From the NCBI RefSeq assembly GCF_009834535.1, contig NC_045697.1, forward strand, positions 115,880,001-115,944,000: a stretch of 64,000 nucleotides of DNA, in the 5' to 3' direction. This document shows, piece after piece, positions 1-10,799 of the stretch; within the stretch, counting starts at the first letter, position 1; every line of letters starts with the position of its first letter. This DNA is from Camelus ferus (Eukaryota). Position numbers and translations under genes: made by a program. The notes beneath the pieces are model-generated. The model made no database searches. It was given only the letters and a program-made list of their open reading frames with translations, and was not told the origin of the DNA.

Positions 1-939
1 AGATGAGTAAAAGAGTAGCAGTAAACGAGACCGTTTCACACCAGCTCTTTGCAGTGAGTATTTTAGTAACCGTTGTGAATCCAAGTCAGCGGTGCAACCA
101 TGAAATCAAGCAGGAAAGAAAGCAAATACTACCCTAAAGAATGAATTTTGATTTAAAGTAGAGGCAGAGGCATTTTCATTGCCCTCTGCTGTAGTGATGA
201 TGGGGTTGGGAAACAGTTTTCATCAGAATCAAGTGCTCTTTCTGAGCTCCTGTATTCTCAACTCACCATCCTATTTGTGAACTTTAGAGGTAAGGAGGAA
301 TAAAACCCTCCACTCATTCTCCTTCCAGCTCTCATTTTGTTTCTTTTCCCCCCAGAGCTTCAAACTATAGTAGCAATTCTCTCCTTGGAGAGCATCCCTG
401 ACCTCTGCATCAAGTTATGTCAAAAACTATTCAATATTCTAAGCAGCTCCACCAGGGTACATGTTCTAGTCTTATTTCCTTCCCTGGAAAGTATCTGTAT
501 TGATCTCTCCAAAACCTTGAGACCAAAAGAAAATAGCAGGAGAGGCATTCTATAGGGGGAAATGCAGATTTGTACTGTCCCCTCCCTTTTTTTCTTTCTT
601 CCCAGAATATCAGTGCAGACAGAGCAATATTGGAAATTCAACATTAGTTTCTTTATTCCTTCTTCCCCAAGGCTATGTTAATAGCAACCATCTATGTTCC
701 TGTCTTCAGAACTTCAGGACCAAAGATCAGTCAGTCATTGTTTTGACTTTTCCTTTGAAAGAACCACCACCCAACCCAGAAGTAAGATGTAAATTTACCC
801 CTAGGTTGTTCAGGATTTCTGTCAATAATCTCTTCAGCAATTCAAATTTAAGTTCAGTGGGTTTTGGAGGGGGGGTTGTTTTGGGTTTTTTGTTTTTGGT
901 TTTTTGGTTTTTTTGTGCCCAGTTCATGATTTTGAACTC

Positions 940-1350
940 TGTTAAAGAAAAAATTCCTCAGACACTTGTTAAAGATGGTAAGACAGACTTTATTCAAGGA
1001 GGGCCACTACACTGGGGTTTTGTAATAGAGGAGAGAGATTAAGCTCAACTCAGAAGACAGCAAGGATAAGTGGAGAATAAAGCCATGGAGCAGAGTAGGG
1101 GTCAGTGGGTGGAAAATTACTAAGAGGGAACATCAAGGCTAGGGGAATTCTGGCTAAGCTGACTTGACAGGATTTTTGCTGAAGCCAGGTAAGGATGATA
1201 GGATATCAAGGGTGGTGCCTGGAAATTTGATCAGATCAGCAAGGATGAAGGATTTTTGATAAAATGACCCAGCAGGATTCTTCTAAATCTTGACTAAATG
1301 GGCCAAGGACAGAGCCCAAGAGAAAGTCAAAGTGAGCCCAAGAGTCTTCA
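940..1350 (-). mobile_element. ERV1-class solo LTR, MER31/MER67-like
   Basis: TG...CA termini; AATAAA on the minus strand (989-994); recalled similarity to MER31 (GGAAAATTACTAAGAGG, GACTTGACAGGATT, TTTGATCAGAT). Confidence 0.75.
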
Positions 1351-1680
1351 GCAATTCACTTTTTAAAATTAACTGCATATTTTTAGAAAAGAAGAGGAGG
1401 AAAATCAGCATGTTTAATATGACAGGCTACTTTGATGGTAACATACACTGTAAGCAAGTGTGTTTCTGATACTGCAATTTTTACATCCATGATTATTTTC
1501 AGAACAAATTTTGTTGCTAAACACATTCCAGTCTCTCCTACATAAAGCAATGCCAAAATGCCAGGAAAAGAAACAAATCCCCTAAGCAAACTGGATACTT
1601 GGCTTATCATCTGAATGCTAAACTAACCAAAGCTTACTCTTATGAAGTGTTTTACATTTTAAGTTATTTTCACAGAAGAC

Positions 1681-2998
1681 TATTACTGAATTAGTCCCAC
1701 AGGCTGAGGCTCTCTGCCTGGGCAGTGGGGGTTTCCATTTAGTTCAGGTAGGTGAATAAGGAAACTAAAGCTGAAACTGACACAGCACAAGCTTTATTCA
1801 ATGGCCAAAGGATGGAGAAGTCGGAGCTAAGTTCACAGATCCATCTCTCGGAGACGGATTTAATTTTAAAGAGTAAAGACAAAGAAGGAGGAGAGAGGCT
1901 AATGACAGAGAGGCATGTGCATGAGTCTCCAGGGAAGGGGCAGGGCTTTTTCCAAGGGAGTGGGGTGCCACCCCCTTTTTATCCTTTTTATGGTCCTTAA
2001 TGTCTGATCATGGCTACCGGTAGGTATGTCATTGAATATACTAATGTAGTAAAATCAACGTATAATGAGACTCAGGGTCTGTTGGAGATCAGATTGTTCG
2101 CCATCTTGGTCTCAGCTGGTTCCATCTGGGGTTTTTTTTGTTGCTATTTGTTTGTTTGTAGCTTTCTTTCTTATCTCTGGACCTGAGATAGGAGGGAAGG
2201 GGGCAGGGCACAGCCATTCAAGGAATAGCACAGCAATTAACACCAAAATGGTGGAAGATTCAACCCCCAGTAGGCCTCGAGGCTCAAGATGGCAGGAGAT
2301 CTGACTTCTAGTAGACCTTGAGCTTCATTATACATCCACTGTAATATATTAGCATGGTGAATGACATGCCCACAGGCACCATGACCGCTCCAAGGCTAAC
2401 CATAAAAGGGTCAAAGAGTGAGAAATGGTCAACTTCCTGAGAATCCCAACCCCTTCTCCAGGGTAGTTAGAATGATCCTTCCACTTATTAGCATATGAAG
2501 CCACCAAGCCCATAAAAACTAGGAACACCACACCTCATGGCCTCTTCACTCCCTCCTCTTCAGAGACAGCCAGCACTCTGCCTATGGAGTGTGTATCGAC
2601 TTACTTTTACTTTAACCTGAGCACCCAGCCCCCACACCTCATGGCCTTTCTCTCGCCTTCTGAAACAGCCTGCACTCTACACAGTATGTACCTCTCTAAA
2701 TAAATCTACCTTTACTCAACAATGGCCCACTCTTGAGATCTTTCCTGTGCAAAGCCAAGGACCCACACCTGGCCGGGCACATCCCGGGGACTCAACCGAG
2801 ACCTGGGATTCGGCCCTCCTCATGCTCCACATCCCTTTTTCCTGCATCAGACCCTTTAACTTAAAGATTTATGTTTACTTTGCTAAAGGTGGGGGGGTTG
2901 GTTGGCAGATTGTGAGCAAGGACAGTCCTGCTCAACGTGGGGGTTGGAGGGTTTTGAACAAATACCTGGAGCAGTTCTGGCAAGAAAATTACTAATAA
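1681..2998 (-). mobile_element. Older ERV1-class solo LTR, interrupted by the LTR at 2184-2849
   Basis: Minus-strand AATAAA at 1793-1798; LTR-like sequence continues on both sides of the nested element; ends are decayed and approximate. Confidence 0.6.
2184..2849 (+). mobile_element. ERV1-class solo LTR (lineage-specific)
   Basis: TGAGATA...GCATCA termini; perfect 4-bp TSD GACC (2180-2183, 2850-2853); AATAAA at 2699-2704; homologous copy at 3582-4239. Confidence 0.9.
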
Positions 2999-3581
2999 CT
3001 TACATGTACTGGGTGTTAATGTGCCACCTTCATTTTAACTAAGGAAAAACTGAGACTAAGAGTATTACAAAGATACTGTGTTAGAATTAGGATCCAAACT
3101 CAGATGTGCCGTGAGTCACTGAAACCAAGCAGGACCCTGTGCGGCCCTCCCTGGTACAAATCCTTTCTGTGTCTCTCATTTCTGTTTGTAGGAACAAAAC
3201 TTTATTCAGCCTTGGAGACCTTCCCTGTGTCCCAGAGGGCAGATTTAAACAGTTGCTAATCAGGGAAGGGAGGGACTGCAGAGACAGAAGAAGAGCAGTC
3301 AAGAAACAGTAGGGCAGCCATAAAGCAGAGTCCTGGTTCCTCCTCAAGGAAGACACATAACAATATCTTTGAATTCTTCTGCAGGAGCTAAGCTCTCCAC
3401 CCGACCCATGTGGAAGATGGTAACTTTAGGCTGAGCGCAAGACTCCTGGAACACTGCCCTGTTACCTCACTACCAACCAATTAGAAAAAAATCTCACACC
3501 CCGCAGCCCTCACACCAAATTTTGCCTATAAAAAATTCTCCCTGGAAACCATCAGGGAGTTTGGGGGTTTTGAGCACAAGT

Positions 3582-4239
3582 TGATAGAGGAGAAATTAAC
3601 ATGGGGCAAGAGAAGGGCTGTGTGCCCCATCTCAGTTGAGTTCCTGGGATGTGCCCCAGCAAGTGTGGGTCCTTGGCTTTGCACAGGAAAGAATTCAAGA
3701 GCGAGCCGCAGTTGAGTAAAGGTAGATTTATTTAGAGAGATACATACTGCATAGAGTGTAGGCTGTTTCAGAAGGTGAGAGAAAGGCCACGAGGTGTGGG
3801 GGGTGGGTGCTCAGGTTAAAGTAAAAGTAGGTACACACTCCATAGACAGTGCAGAACCTTTTTGAATAGGAAGGAGCAAGAGAGGCTGTGAGTCACAGTG
3901 TTGCCAGTTTTTATGGGCTCGGTAGCTTCACATGCCAATGAGTGGGAGGACCATTCCAACTACCATGGGGAAGGGCCTGGGGTTCTCAGGAACTGGGCTA
4001 CTGCCCACTCTTTGATCTTTTGTGGTCAGCCTCAGAACTGTCATGGCACCTGTGGGAGTGCCATTTACCATGTTAATATTACAATGAGCATATAATGAAG
4101 CTCAAGGTCTACTGGAAGCCAAATCTCCCACCATCTTGAGCCTCAAGACCTACTGGGGGTTGAATCTTCCACCATTTTGGTGTTAACTGCTGTGTTATTC
4201 CTTGAATGGCTGTGCTCTGCCCCCTTCCCTCTTGTCTCA
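3582..4239 (-). mobile_element. ERV1-class solo LTR, same or sister family as 2184-2849
   Basis: Reverse complement begins TGAGACAAGAGGGAAGGGGGCAG and aligns with 2184 onward; TSD AAGT/AAAT with one mismatch. Confidence 0.88.
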
Positions 4240-4354
4240 AAATCACCCTTTCTCCTTTCTTGGCCCTGCAATGAACCTTTCTCTACTCCAAGCCCTGATG
4301 TTTCAGTGTGTTTGACCTCACTGTGTGTCAGGCACATGAACTTGCATTTGGTAA

Positions 4355-4841
4355 TGAGAGTGAAAAATACTGCAAACCATATCAGTAAACAAAGAATGCT
4401 GAAGCCATCAAGTCATCAGCGGCTGCCGCCACCCCCCAGTGAAGACAAGCCTACAGCCCAGCCTCTGCAGCCACTCACAATGGTGCCCTCTGAAGGGACT
4501 CAGAACAAGAAAGGACCAGATAATGGCCCTAGATAGCTAGGTGCTTCTCAAAGGAACAAATTCAAGGAGCCCAAATGTTTGCTCCCCCCATACATAGAAA
4601 GGCACTCAATTCTTTAACTTGAGATGTCTGGTTTTCTTCAGTTTAACAAGTAATATTTTAATGTTCTAACTACTTGGTCTTTGTTGAAAATCTCCTATAT
4701 ATCCTGGCCCCTCCTCTACCTCTTTAGAGCAGGCTCTCAAAGTGATCTGAGAGGCTGTCATCCCAGCTCAAGTCCTCAGAAATGTTTGCCAAATGAAGCA
4801 TAACTCTCAACTTTTAGGCTGTGCATTTATTTCAGCCGACA
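4355..4841 (+). mobile_element. ERV1-class solo LTR nested in the 3' tip of the 3120-4847 LTR
   Basis: TGAGAG...CCGACA termini; TSD GTAA/GTAG; TATA-like CCTATATA near 4695. Confidence 0.8.
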
Positions 4842-7410
4842 GTAGCATCACTGTGGTTTAACACACATTCATCATTTCATTTGCTCTTCTGTACACCCTT
4901 ACAGAATAATTAGGGGAGCAAATCTTATTTCTGCTTGACAGATGTGCAAACTATAGAAAGAGACATAATGACATAAAAGGTCATCCAGCTAGTGCAGATG
5001 AGAATGAACATCCAGGTACATGATTCTTCTTAGAACACTGATCTTTTAACCATTTCATGTGCTTTAGCTATGCACAGTTTAAATAGCCTTTTAATCATAA
5101 CTGTGAGTTCATATTTTGAGAAATTCAACCTCATAACAAAGAAACAAACAAAAAGCAACCCAAAATAAGCTACCATTGCCTTTCTAATTAACAGTGATTT
5201 TCAAATAATAATATTCAATGTTGAGTCAGTATGGTGACATTGGCAGCCTCCCACACTGCCAGCTGAAAGGTTAAAAAAATACAAGTTCTCTAGGAAGGTT
5301 TTTATAATGTAGTAATAGCTTTAAAATATTGACACTCTGAACAGTACAATCCATTTCTAGACATCTCACTTAATGAAAAAATCTGAGATGCAGATAAAGA
5401 TTTATTTAGGAAGTCATTTATATTAGCACAATTTTAAAAGAGGAACAAAAGTCTGAAAAATACTAAACATTAAACATTAGGAAAATAAATTACAAAATAT
5501 TTATGCCGTGGAATAGTATGCAGCCAATACAAAGGATGTTCCAAAGATTTTTTTTTGATTAATGTTTATATTCAAAACTGTGTAAGCAATGTGATTCCAA
5601 TTTTGTAATACATAAAATATGTTTATTTCTGTATATATATCATAAATGCAAATATGAACAGAAAAAACTGAAAGGCAATATATCTTGATATTAACAATAT
5701 TTCTCAATAAGCTTATAATTACCTTTTTTTATACTTTTCTATGTATTCCAAATATATTCAAAATTAGGCTAATACAGTCTCCTATAAGTAATATTAAAGA
5801 TGAAAAATAGTTTCAATCAGCTTTTCAAAGTGAAGTCTATCCAAGTTTACATGCAATTTTGTTGTTCATAAATCAGTATTTCTAAAGTAGTTAAAGAAGT
5901 TTGCATTCTTCTCCCCAAAAAGGGTAAAGATCTGTTTTGCAATATCATTTATTGCATGCTGTTGCTTATTTTCTTTCCTACACCCCACCTTCCAACTTCT
6001 CTCATAATATAAAAATAAACATCAGACTAAGTTATGTTCTTATCATAAACGTAAATTAACAAAATGTAAACAAATTATCTAATACTGATTTTAACATATT
6101 GATAATAACCCTTAAAACCTTTCTTTTAGAGAAGTGATATCATGTTTCTACCTATTCAAAATAAATTTTAATTTAAATAATGTATTTTAAAGATTATTAT
6201 CTAGAAATAATTGGCAGATTTGTCTTCAAGAGATTCCAGAGTTCAAGTTTTCAGTATTTCTATTCAGAGTATTTTATGTGTCTTTTAAGGATGTATAATG
6301 TCACCAGAGTATCAAGATTAACTTGAATTTCCTTCAAAACTCTTTTTCTTTTCTCCTTTAAAAAGCCATGATAAGTTTCAAATATTATTAGCAGATATTA
6401 TCATCATAATTTTTCCCAAATGAGCAATCAGTGTAAGAATTCTCAACACCAAATCATGTACTTTACATTTTCACACATATAAAGGCAAATATATGATTAT
6501 GGTTCATGGTCATGTATTTTGAAAGTTCTGATTTTTTTGTATTAAATAATATAGGCAAATGTTTCCTAAATATATGTATAAGAAGCAGAAAATAATGTTA
6601 AATAATTCTGAATTACTGAGAGACCTCTAGATGTTGTCTTGAAATACATTAAGTCTCAGAATATTTTATAGGGTAAATTCTAGATAAAAACGCTGCAGTT
6701 TTTTTATTTATAAATAACAGTTGTTTAGTGAAGGTTTTATACTAGCTCTTTAGAAAGAAGAGAGAAAGAGGCTTTGAACAAGCTTACACGCTTAATTTAT
6801 TTCACTCATGAATTCTCTGCTACCCTCTGGGCGTTAAAAGGTAGAAGTTGGACGTTGACAGTAATTATTTTGGATTGCACTGCATGAAGGCAGCTGAGTG
6901 AAATTCTGTACTTCAAAGAAGTTCAGCCATGGGTCACTTGGAACAACCATCATGAATATGACTTGAGGTGTGCAAGGATGCCTGTGGAGCAATGATCTGC
7001 GTAGACAACTGAGTTTCTCTAGGTGTTAGGTGTAACCACATGCATGTGCACATGGAAGCTTTAAAAAAAAGTAGAAAAATTGTGACTATGAATCAAATTG
7101 TCCTTTGAAAATGTCGAGTCAAAATGAGATTTTAAGTGCACCGATAAAAGGACTTTTTTAAAAAAAATAGTACGAAAATACATGTTGAACTTTTTAAAAC
7201 CAGTAATATGTTGGTAAGATGGCTTTCTCTTGACTCTTCACAAAGGCAACCCTACTCACACTCAACTCTGGGTAACTGGGAAGAAACATTTCTTCGCCTC
7301 CCCAAGATTGTGAACTTTACTTTCGTCTTCATACAACAGCAATGTCTATAAAGAAAGCTGACTTCTTTCTAGTGAGAACTGTCAGACTGAAAAAGCAGGT
7401 TCTAATTCTC

Positions 7411-7522
7411 TTACACACACACACACACGTGCATTTTACACACACACACACACGTGCATTTTACACACACACGTGCATTTTACACACACACGCACACATG
7501 CATTTTACACACACACACGTGC
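7411..7522. repeat. Compound tandem repeat (CA)n-CGTGCATTTTA, about 5 units
   Basis: Directly visible units with variable CA length. Confidence 0.95.
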
Positions 7523-8699
7523 AAACATTCCCATCATTTTGCTAAAACAAAACCCATTCAAAGATTTGACATTCATTCATGAAACATTTATAAGCAATTT
7601 TTATAGCAGGCATTGGACTACAGAGTGTGGATTTAAGGATGAATAGAATAAAAAAAGGACCCTGTTTTAAAGGAACATTATCGAGTGATTTGTGATCAAA
7701 CAATTTAATTCCTAACCAGTTCCAAGTTTACATTACTGAAAAGTACAGATATTAGCAATATTCCTGGAAAGATTAGTATCCCATGGACAAAAGGGGGAAA
7801 GCAATAAATAAGAAAGTTTTCTAACCCAACATAAACACAAATTCTACAAGCCACCTTTTTCAAAAGCAGAGGAATTCACGTTTAAAAACCAGACTGAAAT
7901 AGTAGCATTTTCCTGGGCCACCCTTCTCTGTCATTCAGGAGGTAAGAACGTGTCATCAAGATTGCAAAGACAAATTCTATAAGTTTTATAGTTTTTTTTT
8001 TGGTTTGGTTTGGTTTTTCTTTTTAGTTTTGAAATCAGGCTTTACCATATGTTCTTCATAAATGTGGAATGGGTTATAGATCTGAGATACTAGCGGACCA
8101 CTTTTCTTCACGCTTTCTTGTCTTTTTGTTCCTTTCTCAGAGGAGAGCTGGCAGAGCCAGAAAGAGTAAAATTTTCAGTTTTAAGTCCCAGAATACACTT
8201 CTGAATCCCATTTAGATGAATAAGAGACAATAGTCTTGAAAGCCAAGACTTTCATTGGCAAAAGCCAGGTTTTTGGAGAAAGAAACCACCTTTCAGTGAG
8301 AAATGTGGCAAACAATTATGGCCATCTTTAATCTACTAAATGTGGTAACTTACTTTTGCCAACTAGTATACCTTCTTTACTGAGCACATATGTCATGTGA
8401 CAGAAAGATAAGAAACTGGTAGCCAAAATAGTGAAACTCTAAGATCAAACCTGCCACCAATGAGAAGTCCTACTCAAGGCAATTCATTGTCCTGAGCCTC
8501 ACTTTTCTCGTGCATAAGATGTAACAATGAACAAGGGTTATCTAAGGCCACTTTCAGTTCTAAAATCTGAATATATTAAAAAGAATTCCTGTACTAAGTC
8601 CTTTGGAAGACATTAACCTATAGTCAGAAATTCAGCAAACCTCATCACAGAACTTAAAATACACTTGTAAAATTAGGACAAATATACAGAAACATAATT

Positions 8700-9495
8700 A
8701 AAAATATGTCTCAGTCTTGGTTTCTAAATACTTATCTACACCAAAAGGAACAAGAGTTTTTAGGAAAAAAATGGCTGGTTCCAGGGCTCTGACAAGGAAG
8801 GTCAAGATGAAGCTAAATCACTATGGCGAGCTCATAGGGAAATATCCAAAAATTTATGGAGATATGTCAAAAGAACACAGAAGTCAGTTTGAAGTTGCTT
8901 GCACTCGCCAAATCGGGCAAAATTTGAACATCAAAATGAACAAGAACACTAATGTTATTTATAGATTATAAGAATCTCTGAGATCATACTAAAAATAAAG
9001 AAATAATGAGCTAAAACTCTTCCCTACAGTAGAATGTCAACTAATCAGCATAGAATGAATGGTAGAGAGATGCAGAAACTCCCCATAGTGGAGAAAACTT
9101 CTGAATGTGATTTCACTTAATCAAAGTTATTCTCACTGATTCTTGGGCAAATTGACATCATGTGTCTCCTGAAATGATGCACAAAGAAGTGTATGACAAT
9201 TTTTCTGCCTACCCCCCAAAATACTCTAAATTTTACCATTAAGAAACAACAAGCAAACTCAAATTAAGAAACATTCCACAAAACAGCTGACGTGAACTCT
9301 TCAGAATGCCAGGACAAGGAAAGACAAAACAAAACAAAAGCAAGTAACAGCGACAACTGCTGAGGAGCTACTTCATATTGAAAGAAACTAGAAGGCCAAA
9401 GAAAATGACGATTAAATGTAATGCATGATACTCTACTGGATCTTAAATCGGGGCCAGGGGGATTGCTATAAAGGACGTAACTTGCAACAATTAGT
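8700..9495 (+). mobile_element. Ancient L1 (L1MC/L1MD-like) 3' region fragment
   Basis: Recalled similarity (GACATCATGTGTCTCCTGA, CAAACTCAAATTAAGAAACATTC, GCTATAAAGGAC); highly decayed. Confidence 0.55.
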
Positions 9496-9504
9496 GAACT
9501 AGTA

Positions 9505-9660
9505 TTAGATAAGAGTTTGGGTCTGGCATCTGCCCCCGCACTCGCAGTGCGTCCTCAGTTTCTTCATCTGTGAAATGGGCGCGGGGCACTTTGTAGCGAC
9601 GTGGCGAGCGTTAAGTGCGATCGGAAGTGCCCCTCTGCAGCCACGTCCTGCACCACTCTC
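9505..9660 (+). mobile_element. MIR SINE relic, unusually CpG-rich
   Basis: MIR core CCTCAGTTTCTTCATCTGTGAAATGGG at about 9553-9579. Confidence 0.7.
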
Positions 9661-10149
9661 ATGCACAGCTTCACGTTTCCAACCCGAGATGGGTCCAGAC
9701 CCAAGCTGATCTCTGATCCCCAAACACGCCTAGCTTCCCAAAGACCCCTGCCCAGCCCACCTAAAATAGCCATCCCCTCCCCCAGCCCCGCGTTCTTTTC
9801 TTTCAGAGTTCTTACCACTCTCTGAAATTACGTACACTTGTTACAGTCTCTCCCTAGCTGCTCCCGTGAGAGCCAGACCACCTAGATACCTAGAAACTAG
9901 AATGGGTCTGGGCACAAAATCGGTGCCCAAATGTTTGTGAATTAGTGAGTGTCCTCCCCGTGCTCTTCCCTCATCAAGAAATACTCTTGCCCGGTGGCTG
10001 AGAATGGGACCAGCCTGGGTTCGGATCCCAGGAGTCCCTGTGACCTCATGCCCGTCTGTCCCAGGCTCCACGTCTGTAAAATGGGTTGATGATAGTGCCC
10101 CCGTCCTGGGGTGGTTGAAAAAAAAAATGAGTTTGGGTTTGACATTTAA

Positions 10150-10790
10150 ACAACTTAGAAGCTATCACTTCATCCTCACAAGAAAAAAAAAATGGACAAA
10201 CTAAAATCAACAACTTTTATTAGATCCATGAAAGTATTGAGATCACAGGGCAAGCCACAATTCCTAACATTGGAAAGACAGGTAAATACAAAGAATCCCA
10301 GTTTACCAGGAACGGAAAGAAGCCCACAGCTGCAATCAGTCAGCACTGGTAGGACCACTTAGGCTACGACGAATGAATTTCTAAAGGTTCAGTGTGGAGG
10401 AGCTTGAGAGTTAAAAACCAAGGGAGCTCAATCTCAGAAGGATTCCTGCATGTCGTGAGATTTATTTAAGTCCAGGAGTGCCACCAGATTCCCAGAGTGA
10501 AGATCAAACAAAAATCCCCTCGTGATGCTGACAGGGAACAGGGAAAGGAGCCAACACAGAACAAGCTCAGAGCATTCTATTCTACTTAACAAAAGCGTTC
10601 CCTGGGGAAAGTTATTTTGCAAGAGCCTAATGCCTTTGGGTTTTATCAGCGCCTAACTGACTTGAGGGAAGGAAAATACTCAACTCCAGCACCCTGTAGC
10701 CTTCTTGTCTCACTTAAGGGAGAAAAAAATTCTGATAAGCACTTGTGAAGGTCCTAGCCCAAAGGCACAAGCTTACTGAAAATAGAGACC
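10150..10790 (+). mobile_element. Old L1 5'-region fragment
   Basis: Resembles recalled L1M-type 5' ends; directly upstream of the main L1. Confidence 0.5.
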
Positions 10791-10799
10791 AGATATAGG

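Larger units (their letters stand above)
3120..4847 (+). mobile_element. ERV1-class solo LTR hosting two nested LTRs
   Basis: TG...CA termini; perfect TSD TCAC (3116-3119, 4848-4851); TATA box CCTATAAAAA near 3525; own sequence at 3120-3581, 4240-4354 and 4842-4847. Confidence 0.85.

Noticed and set aside
7411..7522. Regularly spaced repeats superficially like a CRISPR array
   Set aside because: The spacers are simple (CA)n, the context is mammalian and there are no cas genes.
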